Shown: one piece after another, positions 25,275 through 34,023 of the stretch
Numbering within the stretch: position 1 is the first letter of the stretch
How the letters are laid out: every line of letters starts with the position of its first letter
IMG/VR virus record: IMGVR_UViG_3300008113_000328
Location: 1-57,665 of that record
DNA length: 57,665 nt
Reading direction: 5' to 3' (one strand)
DNA from: a virus
Lineage: Duplodnaviria > Caudoviricetes
Position numbers and translations under genes: made by a program
The notes under the pieces: generated by a model
Told to the model about the DNA's origin: nothing
Database searches by the model: none
Seen by the model: the letters and a program-made list of their open reading frames with translations, nothing else

Positions 25275-25335
25275 GTGTATTCCTTGTCTATTTCGATACA
25301 CTCAAGTGTGAATAAATGTGAACAAGTTATCAACA

Positions 25336-25660
25336 GGCTGATTTGTTTGCGCCTGTAAAGGGTTGCAGGGGCGTAGCCCTCTGTCATCGGGCGTGCTCAG
25401 TGTCTTTGAGGACACTTCTACAGGGGCGGAGGAGGAGCGGAGGGCAGGTGACAGGGGCGAACAGCTGTGCGGGACAGGTGCACCGCCCTGCGCTATGCAG
25501 GGCAGTGCTACGGGGCTACAGGCGGCTACAGGATGACAGGGCGAAAAGCCAAAAACCTCACAGGGGCGCACCGAAATCTGACCCCCACCCCTTTGCCAGA
25601 GAGCCGTTTCCGCGCGGGGGGTGGCGCGCGTGCCGTGGGGGGTTACCCCAACACTACTAC
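25336..25660. other. GC-rich non-coding divergence region with ACAGG(G) repeats and a palindrome variant at 25400-25415
   Basis: No credible ORF; high G+C relative to its flanks; lies between the leftward and rightward transcription units. Confidence 0.5.
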
Positions 25661-25709
25661 CATCTAATAATTTTGATTACCTTTGTTGTGTACTAAAAAA
25701 ATTACTACT

Positions 25710-25967
25710 ATGAAAATGAAACTGAATGTAGGTAACAGTGTTTACCAAGGAGGTTATAACGGTGGAGGCTCGGGCTTGACCGTTAAGAATGGTCGTTTGA
25801 TTAACAATGCTCCTGACGGTCGTATGGGAATCACTAAGATTGCTGATACGGTAAAGGAGATGAAGCGTAATCAGAAGATTGATATGCAGACTCAGGCTAT
25901 TCTTCGTGCTGAGGCTATTGAGAAGATGAACGAGATGATGGGTGGGGAGTGCAGCGAGTGTGATTAA
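25710..25967 (+). CDS. Hypothetical protein
   Basis: ATG 25710 downstream of TACCTTTG (25678-25685). Confidence 0.6.
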   Translation: MKMKLNVGNSVYQGGYNGGGSGLTVKNGRLINNAPDGRMGITKIADTVKEMKRNQKIDMQTQAILRAEAIEKMNEMMGGECSECD

Positions 25968-25991
25968 GTAAATTTCTAAACTTTTAATACG

Positions 25992-26153
25992 ATGGTAAAC
26001 AAAGAGCAAGTGCTTGGATTGATTCGTCACGCTTTGACTTTTGTCGGAGGTTGTTTGGTGGCGAATGGTATTTTGACTGACTCTATGTCTGCGGATATAG
26101 TTGGGTCTTGTATGGCTTTGATTGGAACTATTTGGTCCTTGATTGTGAAATGA
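25992..26153 (+). CDS. Small two-TM holin-like membrane protein (53 aa, not in ORF track)
   Basis: MVNKEQVLGLIRHALTFVGGCLVANG...IGTIWSLIVK. Confidence 0.6.
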   Translation: MVNKEQVLGLIRHALTFVGGCLVANGILTDSMSADIVGSCMALIGTIWSLIVK

Positions 26154-26176
26154 TAGTTGCTATGGTTTAGTGTTTG

Positions 26177-26207
26177 AAAAGGGGAGACTAACGAGTCTCC
26201 CTTTTTT
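26177..26207 (+). terminator. Intrinsic terminator (possibly bidirectional)
   Basis: AAAAG-GGGAGACT-AACG-AGTCTCCC-TTTTTT. Confidence 0.8.
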
Positions 26208-26390
26208 ATGATAGATAATCGACATTACTATGTCATTTTTATGTTTGTTTTTTTATAGCTAACTTATTGATTATTATTATTTATGTCGATTATGTCGATT
26301 TTAAGAGAAGTTTCTAATATATAAAATAATAATAAAAGGAGGGAAAATATATATATATATAGGGACGAAGAAGATTGACATTTCGTCATT
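26208..26390. other. AT-rich region with TATGTC repeats; candidate origin B
   Basis: Same ordered motifs as 14391-14552. Confidence 0.4.
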
Positions 26391-26447
26391 GCTCTTGTTT
26401 CTTTGTAAAGGTGGTGTATATTTGCCCTAACAATTAAATCCAATCAA

Positions 26448-28064
26448 ATGATAGACAATCAAGGTTACTCTCCCAAGGACTTACGTTTTGGTTCTGATGG
26501 GCGAGACAAATTAATTAGGGGTGTCACTAAGATGGCCCGGGCGGTAAAGAGTACACTTGGGCCTAACGGCAACACTGTACTGATAGAGTCGCCAACTCAC
26601 ACACACGGTATTACGGTAACGAAGGATGGTGTCACGGTAGCCAAGGCGGTTGACCTGATGGACCCTACTGAGAACCTTGCGGTTCGGATGATGAAGGAGG
26701 CGGCAGACCGCACGGCTACATCAGCGGGTGATGGTACGACAACGGCCATTGTGTTGACTGAGGCTCTTGTGCTTGGTGGTGTTGAGCATATTACTGAGAA
26801 GCATAATCGGACGCAGGTGTTGCGTCATATGGTGGAGATATCGGACAAGGTGGTGGAGAAGTTAAAGAAGAAGAGCAAGAAGCTATCGAGTTCAATGCTT
26901 CTTGACGTGGCTACTATCTCATCTAACAATGACAAGGAGATTGGCAGTATCATCGCAAAGGTTTATAAGGAGGTTGGCAAGAATGGTATTGTAACTGTTG
27001 AGAAGTCACAGACATCTGAGACGTATTCGGAGACGACCTTGGGTTTGAAGTTTGACCGTGGGTATTTGTCTCCGTTGTTTATCAACAACCACAAGAAGGA
27101 CGAGTGTGTGTTTGAGGATGTGATGGTCTTGGTTGCTGATATGGAGATATCGAACATCTTGCAGATTGAGAACGTGCTCAAGCCAATTATCACTGAGGGG
27201 AAGAAGTTATTGATTATCTCTCCCTGCAATATGAATGTGGTAAACACGCTTGCGGCAAACGTGATGAAGGGTAATCTGAAAGTATGTGTTGTGCCACCGC
27301 CCAACTTTGGATACAAGCAGCACGAGCTGATGCAGGACATTGCTTTGAGTGTTGGTGCTACATACTTTAGTGAGAAGACGGGTGACGACTTGAGCCTTAT
27401 TAATTATGGTTGTCTTGGTCACGCGGCTAAGGTGATTGTGTCGAAGGACAAGACGGTGATACTGAAGTCTGAGGCTCGTGTAAATGCTGATGCTATAGCT
27501 GAGCGAGTGAGTGAGCTATGGGCTGCTCACGCGGTAGCTAAGAAGAAGTCTGACAAAGATTTCTTGTTGGAGCGTATTGCGTCATTGACGGGTGGCATCG
27601 GTGTCATCTTTGTTGGTGGGAATACTGACCTTGAGCAGAAGGAGTTGTATGACCGTGTGGATGATGCGGTATGTGCTGTTCGTTCTGCACTTGAGGAGGG
27701 CATTGTGCCGGGGGCAGGTAAAGCTTTGTTTGAGTTTAATCTGAATGAGTTCTTATCAGACAATTCTACCAATGAGTACAAGGCTGCCATTAAGATTATG
27801 CAGTCGGCACTTGAGGCTCCGCTCACTCAGATTCTTGAGAACGCGGGACTGTGTATGACCAATGTGTATGGTGGTAGAATGAAAGAGGGTGAGGGGTATA
27901 ATGTGAAGACGGGGGAGATTGGTGACCTCATTGAGATGGGTGTTATTGACCCGACTAAGGTTACACGTAGTGCTCTTCAGAACGCGGTGAGTGTGGCGAC
28001 AACTATCCTTAGCACAAATGCAATCATTACGATGGCTCGTAGTTATGAGGAGGCCGCGCTATGA
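26448..28064 (+). CDS. groEL: Chaperonin GroEL
   Basis: TLGPNG, VTKDGVTVAK, AGDGTTTA, FDRGYLSP, EEGIVPGAG, GVIDPTKVTRSALQNA. Confidence 0.97.
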   Translation: MIDNQGYSPKDLRFGSDGRDKLIRGVTKMARAVKSTLGPNGNTVLIESPTHTHGITVTKDGVTVAKAVDLMDPTENLAVRMMKEAADRTATSAGDGTTTAIVLTEALVLGGVEHITEKHNRTQVLRHMVEISDKVVEKLKKKSKKLSSSMLLDVATISSNNDKEIGSIIAKVYKEVGKNGIVTVEKSQTSETYSETTLGLKFDRGYLSPLFINNHKKDECVFEDVMVLVADMEISNILQIENVLKPIITEGKKLLIISPCNMNVVNTLAANVMKGNLKVCVVPPPNFGYKQHELMQDIALSVGATYFSEKTGDDLSLINYGCLGHAAKVIVSKDKTVILKSEARVNADAIAERVSELWAAHAVAKKKSDKDFLLERIASLTGGIGVIFVGGNTDLEQKELYDRVDDAVCAVRSALEEGIVPGAGKALFEFNLNEFLSDNSTNEYKAAIKIMQSALEAPLTQILENAGLCMTNVYGGRMKEGEGYNVKTGEIGDLIEMGVIDPTKVTRSALQNAVSVATTILSTNAIITMARSYEEAAL

Positions 28065-28306
28065 TTGACAAGATAATTGAGGCTTACCCTGAGGAGGTGT
28101 TCTTGAAAGCAAATGGTTTTGATGATGCTATCATCGGAGTTGACGAAAGCAGTATGCGTCTTATCTACTCTGAGTTGAAGTGCATTGACATCTTGCAAAA
28201 CGAGCACGATATGACATCTATTGATGCGATTGAATATTTTGAGCATAACGTAAAGTGCGCATACGTAGGGGAGCATACTCCGATATGGTGCGCTGATATG
28301 ATTTAA
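28061..28306 (+). CDS. Hypothetical phage protein
   Basis: ANGFDDAIIG..DAIEYFEHNVKCAYVGEHTPIW; ATGA overlap with groEL. Confidence 0.7.
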   Translation: MIDKIIEAYPEEVFLKANGFDDAIIGVDESSMRLIYSELKCIDILQNEHDMTSIDAIEYFEHNVKCAYVGEHTPIWCADMI

Positions 28307-28311
28307 GAAAA

Positions 28312-28569
28312 ATGAAACCAATAGGAAAATACATTGTCGTTGTTACGACAGAGGAGGAAGTGAAGACCGAGTCAGGATTAATCTTGTCGGGAGATGACGT
28401 GAATCAGTTTCGCTACAAACGTGGTGTTGTGGTTGAGCCGGGAACTGAAGTGGCTAATATAAAGAAAGGAGACAAGATTTATTTTGATAAGGCGCATAGC
28501 TTCGCAATGATTATCAATGACAATCAATACACCATCATTCGCGAGTCTGATGTCGTTGTTGTCGAGTAA
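28312..28569 (+). CDS. groES: Co-chaperonin GroES
   Basis: MKPIG..KTESGLILS..IKKGDKIYF..IIRESDVV. Confidence 0.93.
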   Translation: MKPIGKYIVVVTTEEEVKTESGLILSGDDVNQFRYKRGVVVEPGTEVANIKKGDKIYFDKAHSFAMIINDNQYTIIRESDVVVVE

Positions 28570-28978
28570 AGGCGTTCATCTCTTTAATCATATTTCTATA
28601 GACCTTGTCTGTGTAGTTTACTTTACGGAGGAACATAGGATTGTGATTGTTACTAACGGGGATTTCTTCCCCGTTTAGTTTTTGATAGATTGAGTGTACC
28701 ATTCTTGATGCTTTGTATGAGAGTTGGTATACGGTACGTCTGTTGCCTACTTTCTTTCTGAAGGATTGAATCCAACCATCTTTGAGTAGGCGGTTGAATC
28801 TCTTCACGTCCCAACTAAGCAGTTCATCGAACTCATCAAATTTTCCCTTGTCAAAGTATTTTTCTGAGTAGAGGAAAAGGATTATGTCGAGGTCAGCTTG
28901 ACTTAGCTTGTATTTTGCCTTGACGAAGTATCTGATTACACGCCAATACTTTAAATAATCGGGGGCAGTTTTTTTCAT
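28535..28978 (-). CDS. Putative winged-helix DNA-binding protein
   Basis: Lone antisense ORF with a strong leader; LSQADLDIILFL..RLLKDGWI..YQLSYKA resembles a MarR-type wHTH. Confidence 0.55.
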   Translation of the reverse strand: MKKTAPDYLKYWRVIRYFVKAKYKLSQADLDIILFLYSEKYFDKGKFDEFDELLSWDVKRFNRLLKDGWIQSFRKKVGNRRTVYQLSYKASRMVHSIYQKLNGEEIPVSNNHNPMFLRKVNYTDKVYRNMIKEMNAFTRQQRHQTRE

Positions 28979-29020
28979 TTGATTAGATTTGATTACATTT
29001 GTAAAGCAAAATTATAGGAT

Positions 29021-29416
29021 ATGTCTCTTCTTACAAATAGAAAAAGCAGAACTACAGACCCTGAGCTTCCTAAGAAGGCTGCGCCTGCTAAGCCGGGAGA
29101 AGTGTATGTTACAAAAGAGAAGGTTGACTTTGGTGTTAACGCAAGACGCAATATGACTGATGACAAAGATAAGCGTATGGCGGCATCGGGCTATATACCT
29201 GAGGTGGATGAAAAAGGAAACAGGACGGGTGCTTATACGGTGAATAGGAACAGGCAACCAACTCGAGAGACTGTAACAAAGCCTAAGCCTGCTCCTGAGC
29301 CTAAGGGCAGACCATCCGCTCCTGTTATGCAAGCAGACCAAAAAAAGTCTACAGGTCAGAAGCAAGTTGCAAAGAGGGTTTGGGATGATGAGAAGAAACA
29401 ATGGAAAATGGTTTAA
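29021..29416 (+). CDS. Basic low-complexity protein
   Basis: ATG after TACATTTG (28994-29001); N-terminus MSLLTNRK. Confidence 0.65.
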   Translation: MSLLTNRKSRTTDPELPKKAAPAKPGEVYVTKEKVDFGVNARRNMTDDKDKRMAASGYIPEVDEKGNRTGAYTVNRNRQPTRETVTKPKPAPEPKGRPSAPVMQADQKKSTGQKQVAKRVWDDEKKQWKMV

Positions 29417-29426
29417 TATCTAACAT

Positions 29427-29696
29427 ATGTCACTACTTACAAACAGAAAGAAATCATCTGCTCCTTGTCCTGACTGCAAACTCAGTATGACAGAGGATGG
29501 AATGTATAAGTATGGCTCTGAGACTACGGGCTATAAAACATCTTCAGATAGAGAAACAGCAAAAAAGAAACATCAGCAAGCATATCCCGATTCTTACAAG
29601 CCAAAGATGGAGATGCCCAATGACGTTAAGCAGTCTTACAAGGCTGCAATGGACACCTCTTCTACTCCTATGAAGATGCCTACTTTAAAAAAGTAA
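29427..29696 (+). CDS. Small basic protein
   Basis: Shares the N-terminus MSLLTNRK with the upstream gene. Confidence 0.65.
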   Translation: MSLLTNRKKSSAPCPDCKLSMTEDGMYKYGSETTGYKTSSDRETAKKKHQQAYPDSYKPKMEMPNDVKQSYKAAMDTSSTPMKMPTLKK

Positions 29697-29726
29697 TTTT
29701 GATTACATTTGTATAAACCAAAAGAT

Positions 29727-30017
29727 ATGAAAAAAACAGGTGACCCATTAAAAAAAGTAGAGACTAATAAGTCTTCAGCTGATGCTACCAACGTAAGTAT
29801 GAATGTTCCTAAAGCACCAATCCGTGAAAGGATAAGCAACATCCCGAATCGTTTTCAAGAGAAACAACAAGAGCAGATACGTATGCTACAAGAACGTGGA
29901 TATATGCCTATGTATAAAAGCGATGGTAAGGGTGGGATGATGTTGGAGGGATATGCTCCTCGAGGAAAGAATTTTGCTGTAGAGGCTCAAGAGAACAGAA
30001 TGAAGAAATATAAATAA
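29727..30017 (+). CDS. Small basic protein
   Basis: ATG 29727 after TACATTTG (29704-29711). Confidence 0.6.
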   Translation: MKKTGDPLKKVETNKSSADATNVSMNVPKAPIRERISNIPNRFQEKQQEQIRMLQERGYMPMYKSDGKGGMMLEGYAPRGKNFAVEAQENRMKKYK

Positions 30018-30156
30018 TATGGCAAGGAAGTCTTCTGACGTAAATCTAAACTATACTCTCGACAGTGTGTTCGGGAGAAAGAGTGGCATGACTAACGGCT
30101 ATCTTGGGTGACCAAGATGTAAATCAGTATTTAAAACCAAAAACAAAAAAGAAAAA

Positions 30157-30324
30157 ATGAAGTCAACTCCAAATCTCCCTGCATCATCACGTATGCAGAT
30201 GCCAAGTGGTGGTGGGTCAGTTAAGGCTCCTGCTAAAAAAGGCGCAGCTTCTGCCGATGTAAAATCAGCAGGCGAATCAGGCGGCCTAATCAAGAAAAAA
30301 AGCAAAATGAAAATGAAAAAATAA
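30157..30324 (+). CDS. Small Lys-rich peptide (55 aa)
   Basis: MKSTPNLPASSRMQ...KKKSKMKMKK, read manually; A-rich leader. Confidence 0.5.
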   Translation: MKSTPNLPASSRMQMPSGGGSVKAPAKKGAASADVKSAGESGGLIKKKSKMKMKK

Positions 30325-30325
30325 A

Positions 30326-30499
30326 ATGGGAAAGAAGTCAGGTTTAATTGAAAACGCTGTAGAGGAGACTGCTCCTTCTGCAAAAGATTCTGTAAAAGAA
30401 ACTCCTAAGGCTGAAACTCCTGTCGTTGAAACTCCTAAGCAAGAAACTACGATAGCGGGTTATCCAAGTCGTGATTTCAAACATCGTTTCAATGGCTGA
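30326..30499 (+). CDS. Small peptide with ETPK repeats (57 aa)
   Basis: MGKKSGLIENAVEE...; read manually, packed between neighbours. Confidence 0.45.
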   Translation: MGKKSGLIENAVEETAPSAKDSVKETPKAETPVVETPKQETTIAGYPSRDFKHRFNG

Positions 30500-30782
30500 T
30501 AAGTCAAAGATGAAATGTAACCGTCCTGTTCCCTCGGATAGACCGGGGAAGAAGAAGATGGTTAAAGCCTGTTCCAATGGGGAGGAGAAACTCCTCCACT
30601 TTGGAGCAAAGGGCTATGGCAATAACTATTCAGCCGCAGCCCGAAAAAGTTTCAAGGCTCGTCACAGTTGTGATACAGCCACTGATAAGTTGACTCCACG
30701 CTATTGGGCCTGTAAGAATTTATGGGCAGGTCCGGGTGGAGCGACAACATCGAATCCTTCTAATCGAAAAGGGAAGTACTGA
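30492..30782 (+). CDS. Basic phage protein
   Basis: RPGKKKMVKAC..HFGAKGY..ARKSFKARHSCD..PRYWAC. Confidence 0.65.
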   Translation: MADKSKMKCNRPVPSDRPGKKKMVKACSNGEEKLLHFGAKGYGNNYSAAARKSFKARHSCDTATDKLTPRYWACKNLWAGPGGATTSNPSNRKGKY

Positions 30783-31120
30783 TGAAAGACGCTTGCTACA
30801 AAAAGGTAAAAGCACAGTACGATGTTTTTCCATCGGCAAGAGCTTCCCAAGCTATTGCAAAATGTAGGAAGGCTTCAGGCAATGTAAGAAAAACGGAAGA
30901 GGGTACATCTCTCAAGCGTTGGGAGAAAGAGAAGTGGGTTGATACTCGCACGGGTAAAGCCTGTGGTGCAGGTGGCAAGAACGAGTATTGCAGACCTACA
31001 ACAAGAGTGTCTTCAAAGACACCGAAAACAAAGTCAGAGATTTCACCATCTCAGTTAGCTTCCAAGAAAGCGGAGAAGTCTCGTGTTGGAATGGGTAGAA
31101 AAGTTTCCAAAATAAATTAG
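30782..31120 (+). CDS. Basic phage protein (DUF5872-like); contains a palindrome copy at 31007-31022
   Basis: KDACYKKVKA..FPSARAS..LKRWEKEKWVD..YCRP. Confidence 0.65.
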   Translation: MKDACYKKVKAQYDVFPSARASQAIAKCRKASGNVRKTEEGTSLKRWEKEKWVDTRTGKACGAGGKNEYCRPTTRVSSKTPKTKSEISPSQLASKKAEKSRVGMGRKVSKIN

Positions 31121-31132
31121 TACATTTGCGAT

Positions 31133-31288
31133 ATGAGTAAGTTTAGTAAACTAAGTGCTAAGATTCAGCAGAAGCAGGGTATTAGCAAGCAGAGTGCAGA
31201 CGCTATCACGGCTACTATTGGTCGTAAGAAATATGGAGCTAAGAAGTTTCAAGAGATGGCTACTGCGGGACGCAAAAAATCCAAATAG
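31133..31288 (+). CDS. Small basic peptide (51 aa)
   Basis: MSKFSKLSAKIQQKQG..IGRKKYGAKKFQ; TACATTTG at 31121. Confidence 0.55.
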   Translation: MSKFSKLSAKIQQKQGISKQSADAITATIGRKKYGAKKFQEMATAGRKKSK

Positions 31289-31291
31289 AAT

Positions 31292-31474
31292 ATGAAGATT
31301 ACTTATTTAGGAAAGAGCCGAGGACTTGGTGATACTGTTGCCAAGATAACTGAGGCGACAGGTATTAAGAAAGTGGTAGATACAATTGCTGAGGCGACAG
31401 GGACTGACTGCGGTTGTTCCAAGCGTCAAGAGAAATTAAATGAAATGTTCCCTTATAATAACGAAGAAAAATGA
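31292..31474 (+). CDS. Small phage protein
   Basis: GLGDTVAKITEATGIK..DCGCSKRQEKLN. Confidence 0.6.
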   Translation: MKITYLGKSRGLGDTVAKITEATGIKKVVDTIAEATGTDCGCSKRQEKLNEMFPYNNEEK

Positions 31475-31743
31475 GCGCACAAAAACTGCAAGCTAATAGA
31501 GCTGCCGTAATAACTCCAAGTAATACAAAGAACATTGTACCACCTTGGGTCAATGTAGATGAAGATTCTCTTCCTGAGGTTGGTTGTCTTTTGTACATTG
31601 GAGGAACGGGTAATGTAAGAGTTCTTACAACAGGCAATGATGACGTAACCTTTACTGCTGTTGCTGCGGGATTCTTTCCTGTTCAAGTAGTTCGAGTTTT
31701 TGCCACAGGTACAACTGCAACCAACATAATAGGTCTTTGGTAA
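31471..31743 (+). CDS. Head-spike base / decoration protein-like
   Basis: AVITPS..LYIGGTGNVRV..FFPVQVVRVFATGTTATNIIGLW resembles the RcGTA spike-base family. Confidence 0.6.
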   Translation: MSAQKLQANRAAVITPSNTKNIVPPWVNVDEDSLPEVGCLLYIGGTGNVRVLTTGNDDVTFTAVAAGFFPVQVVRVFATGTTATNIIGLW

Positions 31744-31744
31744 G

Positions 31745-32479
31745 ATGGCTTTATTTTTAAATTGTAATACGGGGGCAAGTGGTTTGTTACCATCACCAAG
31801 TTTTAATGGTATATATTCAACTTGCGTGGTAACTATTCAAGGAAATCTTACTACAAATACTCCGGGAGGTGAAACAATAGTAAACATTAATGTTGTTCAG
31901 AACACTATAGGCGTTAATAATTTACAGTTTGATGGTGTTCCTGTAAGTTTTCCGTATACTGTAGACCCTTTAAATCCTACTGTATTTTCATTTGATATTA
32001 CACCATCAGGAAGTCCGGGAAATTTTGATTTTATCAGGATTAATTTTAGTACTACAATCGGTGGTGGTTCCGGCTTTGATTACGACATAACTGAATTAGA
32101 TATTCAAGATAGTATTACGATAGCTAACAATACGCTTCCTCTTGACTTTGGTAGTGTAGAAGTTGGCAGTTCTTCTCTTCCTGTTTCATTTGTAATAAAC
32201 AACGAGTCTATTTATAGATATAATTACACTTTATCAAGTGATAGTGGTGATATAACTTTTAACATAGGCAGCGCATCTCTTTTTCCAAGAACTAATTATA
32301 CTGATGTAGCAACTTGGACTCCTAAATCTGCTTATGACCTTAGTGCTTTTGCAATATTCTGTGATACTGACTGTGGTCAAGCCCTTTATGTTTTATTGGG
32401 AGAATCTACCGAGCCTCCTCCTCCTGTTGGCGGAGCATCTGCTAAAAAACTAATCATATCCAATAGCATTTCAATATAG
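31745..32479 (+). CDS. Ig-like beta-sandwich virion spike/fibre protein
   Basis: Beta-rich; LDFGSVEVGSSS..FVINN motif; follows the spike-base gene. Confidence 0.45.
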   Translation: MALFLNCNTGASGLLPSPSFNGIYSTCVVTIQGNLTTNTPGGETIVNINVVQNTIGVNNLQFDGVPVSFPYTVDPLNPTVFSFDITPSGSPGNFDFIRINFSTTIGGGSGFDYDITELDIQDSITIANNTLPLDFGSVEVGSSSLPVSFVINNESIYRYNYTLSSDSGDITFNIGSASLFPRTNYTDVATWTPKSAYDLSAFAIFCDTDCGQALYVLLGESTEPPPPVGGASAKKLIISNSISI

Positions 32480-32518
32480 AACATCTTATTAATATCTACT
32501 GAAAAACAAAGAAACAAG

Positions 32519-32716
32519 ATGGTACATTTTGACGATATAAAGGTGTTAGGTGCTAACACTATATGTATGGTCTTAGCTAAGATTCAGAATATGAACGATT
32601 CCCTGCAAGCCATTTTGTTTTTTGCTACGATTGCATATACCGTTGTAAGGACAGTCAACGAGATAAATAAATTAAAGAAAGATGGCAAAGCAGATAGCAA
32701 CAACGACCCGAGCTAA
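32519..32716 (+). CDS. Small membrane protein, holin candidate
   Basis: Hydrophobic segment; immediately upstream of the endolysin. Confidence 0.5.
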   Translation: MVHFDDIKVLGANTICMVLAKIQNMNDSLQAILFFATIAYTVVRTVNEINKLKKDGKADSNNDPS

Positions 32717-32816
32717 TATCAAGATTAGAAGAAAAGGTGTTCACGCAAAGACTCAGTCGAGTCATTTAAAGTCAAGTAAGTTATACAAAAAGAAATATAA
32801 AGGTCAAGGACGATGA
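32682..32816 (+). CDS. Small basic peptide (44 aa)
   Basis: MAKQ..RRKGVHAKTQSS..KLYKKKYKGQGR; ATGA overlap with the endolysin. Confidence 0.55.
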   Translation: MAKQIATTTRANIKIRRKGVHAKTQSSHLKSSKLYKKKYKGQGR

Positions 32817-33277
32817 CTACAGGACAGATAGTAAAAAAGTACGGTGCTCCTAACGTGACGGGAGAAGGGTACTTGGTTAGCATAAATCTTCCATATCCTA
32901 TGCGTCTTGCTTGGGATAAAGACACTACCGTAAATAGAATGCGTTGCCATAAGTTAGTGGCTAATAATTTTATGTTAGTGTTTAATGACTTGCTTTTTCA
33001 CTACGGGTATGAGCGTATAAAAGAGTTAGGCATTGACCTTTTTGGTGGATGCTTTAGCTATCGTAAGATGAGAACAGGCTCTGCTTGGTCATTGCACTCT
33101 TGGGGAATAGCAATTGACTTAGACCCTGCAAGAAATACTCTTAGTGAGACAAAAGCAACCGCTCGATTCGCGAAGCCTGAATACAAGGCTATGATAGATA
33201 TCTTCTATAAGCACGGATTCATTTCATTAGGCCGTGAAAAGAACTTTGATTGGATGCACTTTGAAATAAAAGAGTAA
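32813..33277 (+). CDS. Endolysin, M15 family peptidase
   Basis: SYRKMR, SLHSWGIAIDLD and DWMHFE zinc motifs. Confidence 0.88.
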   Translation: MTTGQIVKKYGAPNVTGEGYLVSINLPYPMRLAWDKDTTVNRMRCHKLVANNFMLVFNDLLFHYGYERIKELGIDLFGGCFSYRKMRTGSAWSLHSWGIAIDLDPARNTLSETKATARFAKPEYKAMIDIFYKHGFISLGREKNFDWMHFEIKE

Positions 33278-33732
33278 TGCCTGAGAAAAAAAAGTTTAGA
33301 GACACCCGTGTCGGGAAGTTTCTTATGACGAAATCACCCAAAGTATTAGACATTGTGGGTGATTTGCTGCCAAGTAGTGGTGTTTTAGGCGTAGCCAAAA
33401 ACCTTATTAACCTTTCTGAGGACTTATCTCAGGAAGAAAAGGATATGCTCAATGATGAACTTGTGAGAATGATGGAGTTGGAGGTGGCTGATAGAGATTC
33501 TGCTCGTAAGCGTGAGATTGAAATCGCTTCACACGGAAAGTTTGACTTTCTTTTCTACATTACAGGGCTAATAGGGCTATCAGCGTTTTGTTTTATCGTG
33601 TATGCTATAGCATTTTTAAGTATACCTGAGCCAAATAAGGAGATATGGATACATCTTATTGGTATTACTGAGGGTGTAGTGCTGTCTATTTTTGGTTACT
33701 ATTTTGGTAGTGCTATAAAGCGGAATGTTTAG
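33277..33732 (+). CDS. Holin-like membrane protein
   Basis: DRDSARKRE followed by two TM helices ending GYYFGS. Confidence 0.65.
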   Translation: MPEKKKFRDTRVGKFLMTKSPKVLDIVGDLLPSSGVLGVAKNLINLSEDLSQEEKDMLNDELVRMMELEVADRDSARKREIEIASHGKFDFLFYITGLIGLSAFCFIVYAIAFLSIPEPNKEIWIHLIGITEGVVLSIFGYYFGSAIKRNV

Positions 33733-33781
33733 TAAGAAAAAACGCTTATCTTTGTCCAATAACAAAATCAAATCAAATCAA

Positions 33782-34021
33782 ATGAACAAAACTTTTATTA
33801 GTAAGGAAGAACTTACCAAGATTCAAGAGATGAACTCTGACTTCAGTAAAGCAAAGATGGCTATTGGAGATATTGAGCTTCAAAAGCAGGGGCTTATTCG
33901 CCACATTGACGCTATGAAGGCTGAGTTTTCTGAGCACGAAAAGATGCTTATTGAAAAGTACGGTAAGGACTCTGTGATTAATATCCAAACAGGTGAGGTA
34001 ACTCAAAAACAAGACTCGTAA
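33782..34021 (+). CDS. Small coiled-coil protein
   Basis: ATG after an AAATC-repeat leader and TATCTTTG (33747); C-terminal EKYG..INIQTGE. Confidence 0.6.
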   Translation: MNKTFISKEELTKIQEMNSDFSKAKMAIGDIELQKQGLIRHIDAMKAEFSEHEKMLIEKYGKDSVINIQTGEVTQKQDS

Positions 34022-34023
34022 CA

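Noticed and set aside
25302-25696. ORFs in the GC-rich divergence region
   Set aside because: Non-ATG starts and Arg/Gly/Pro-rich translations typical of spurious frames.
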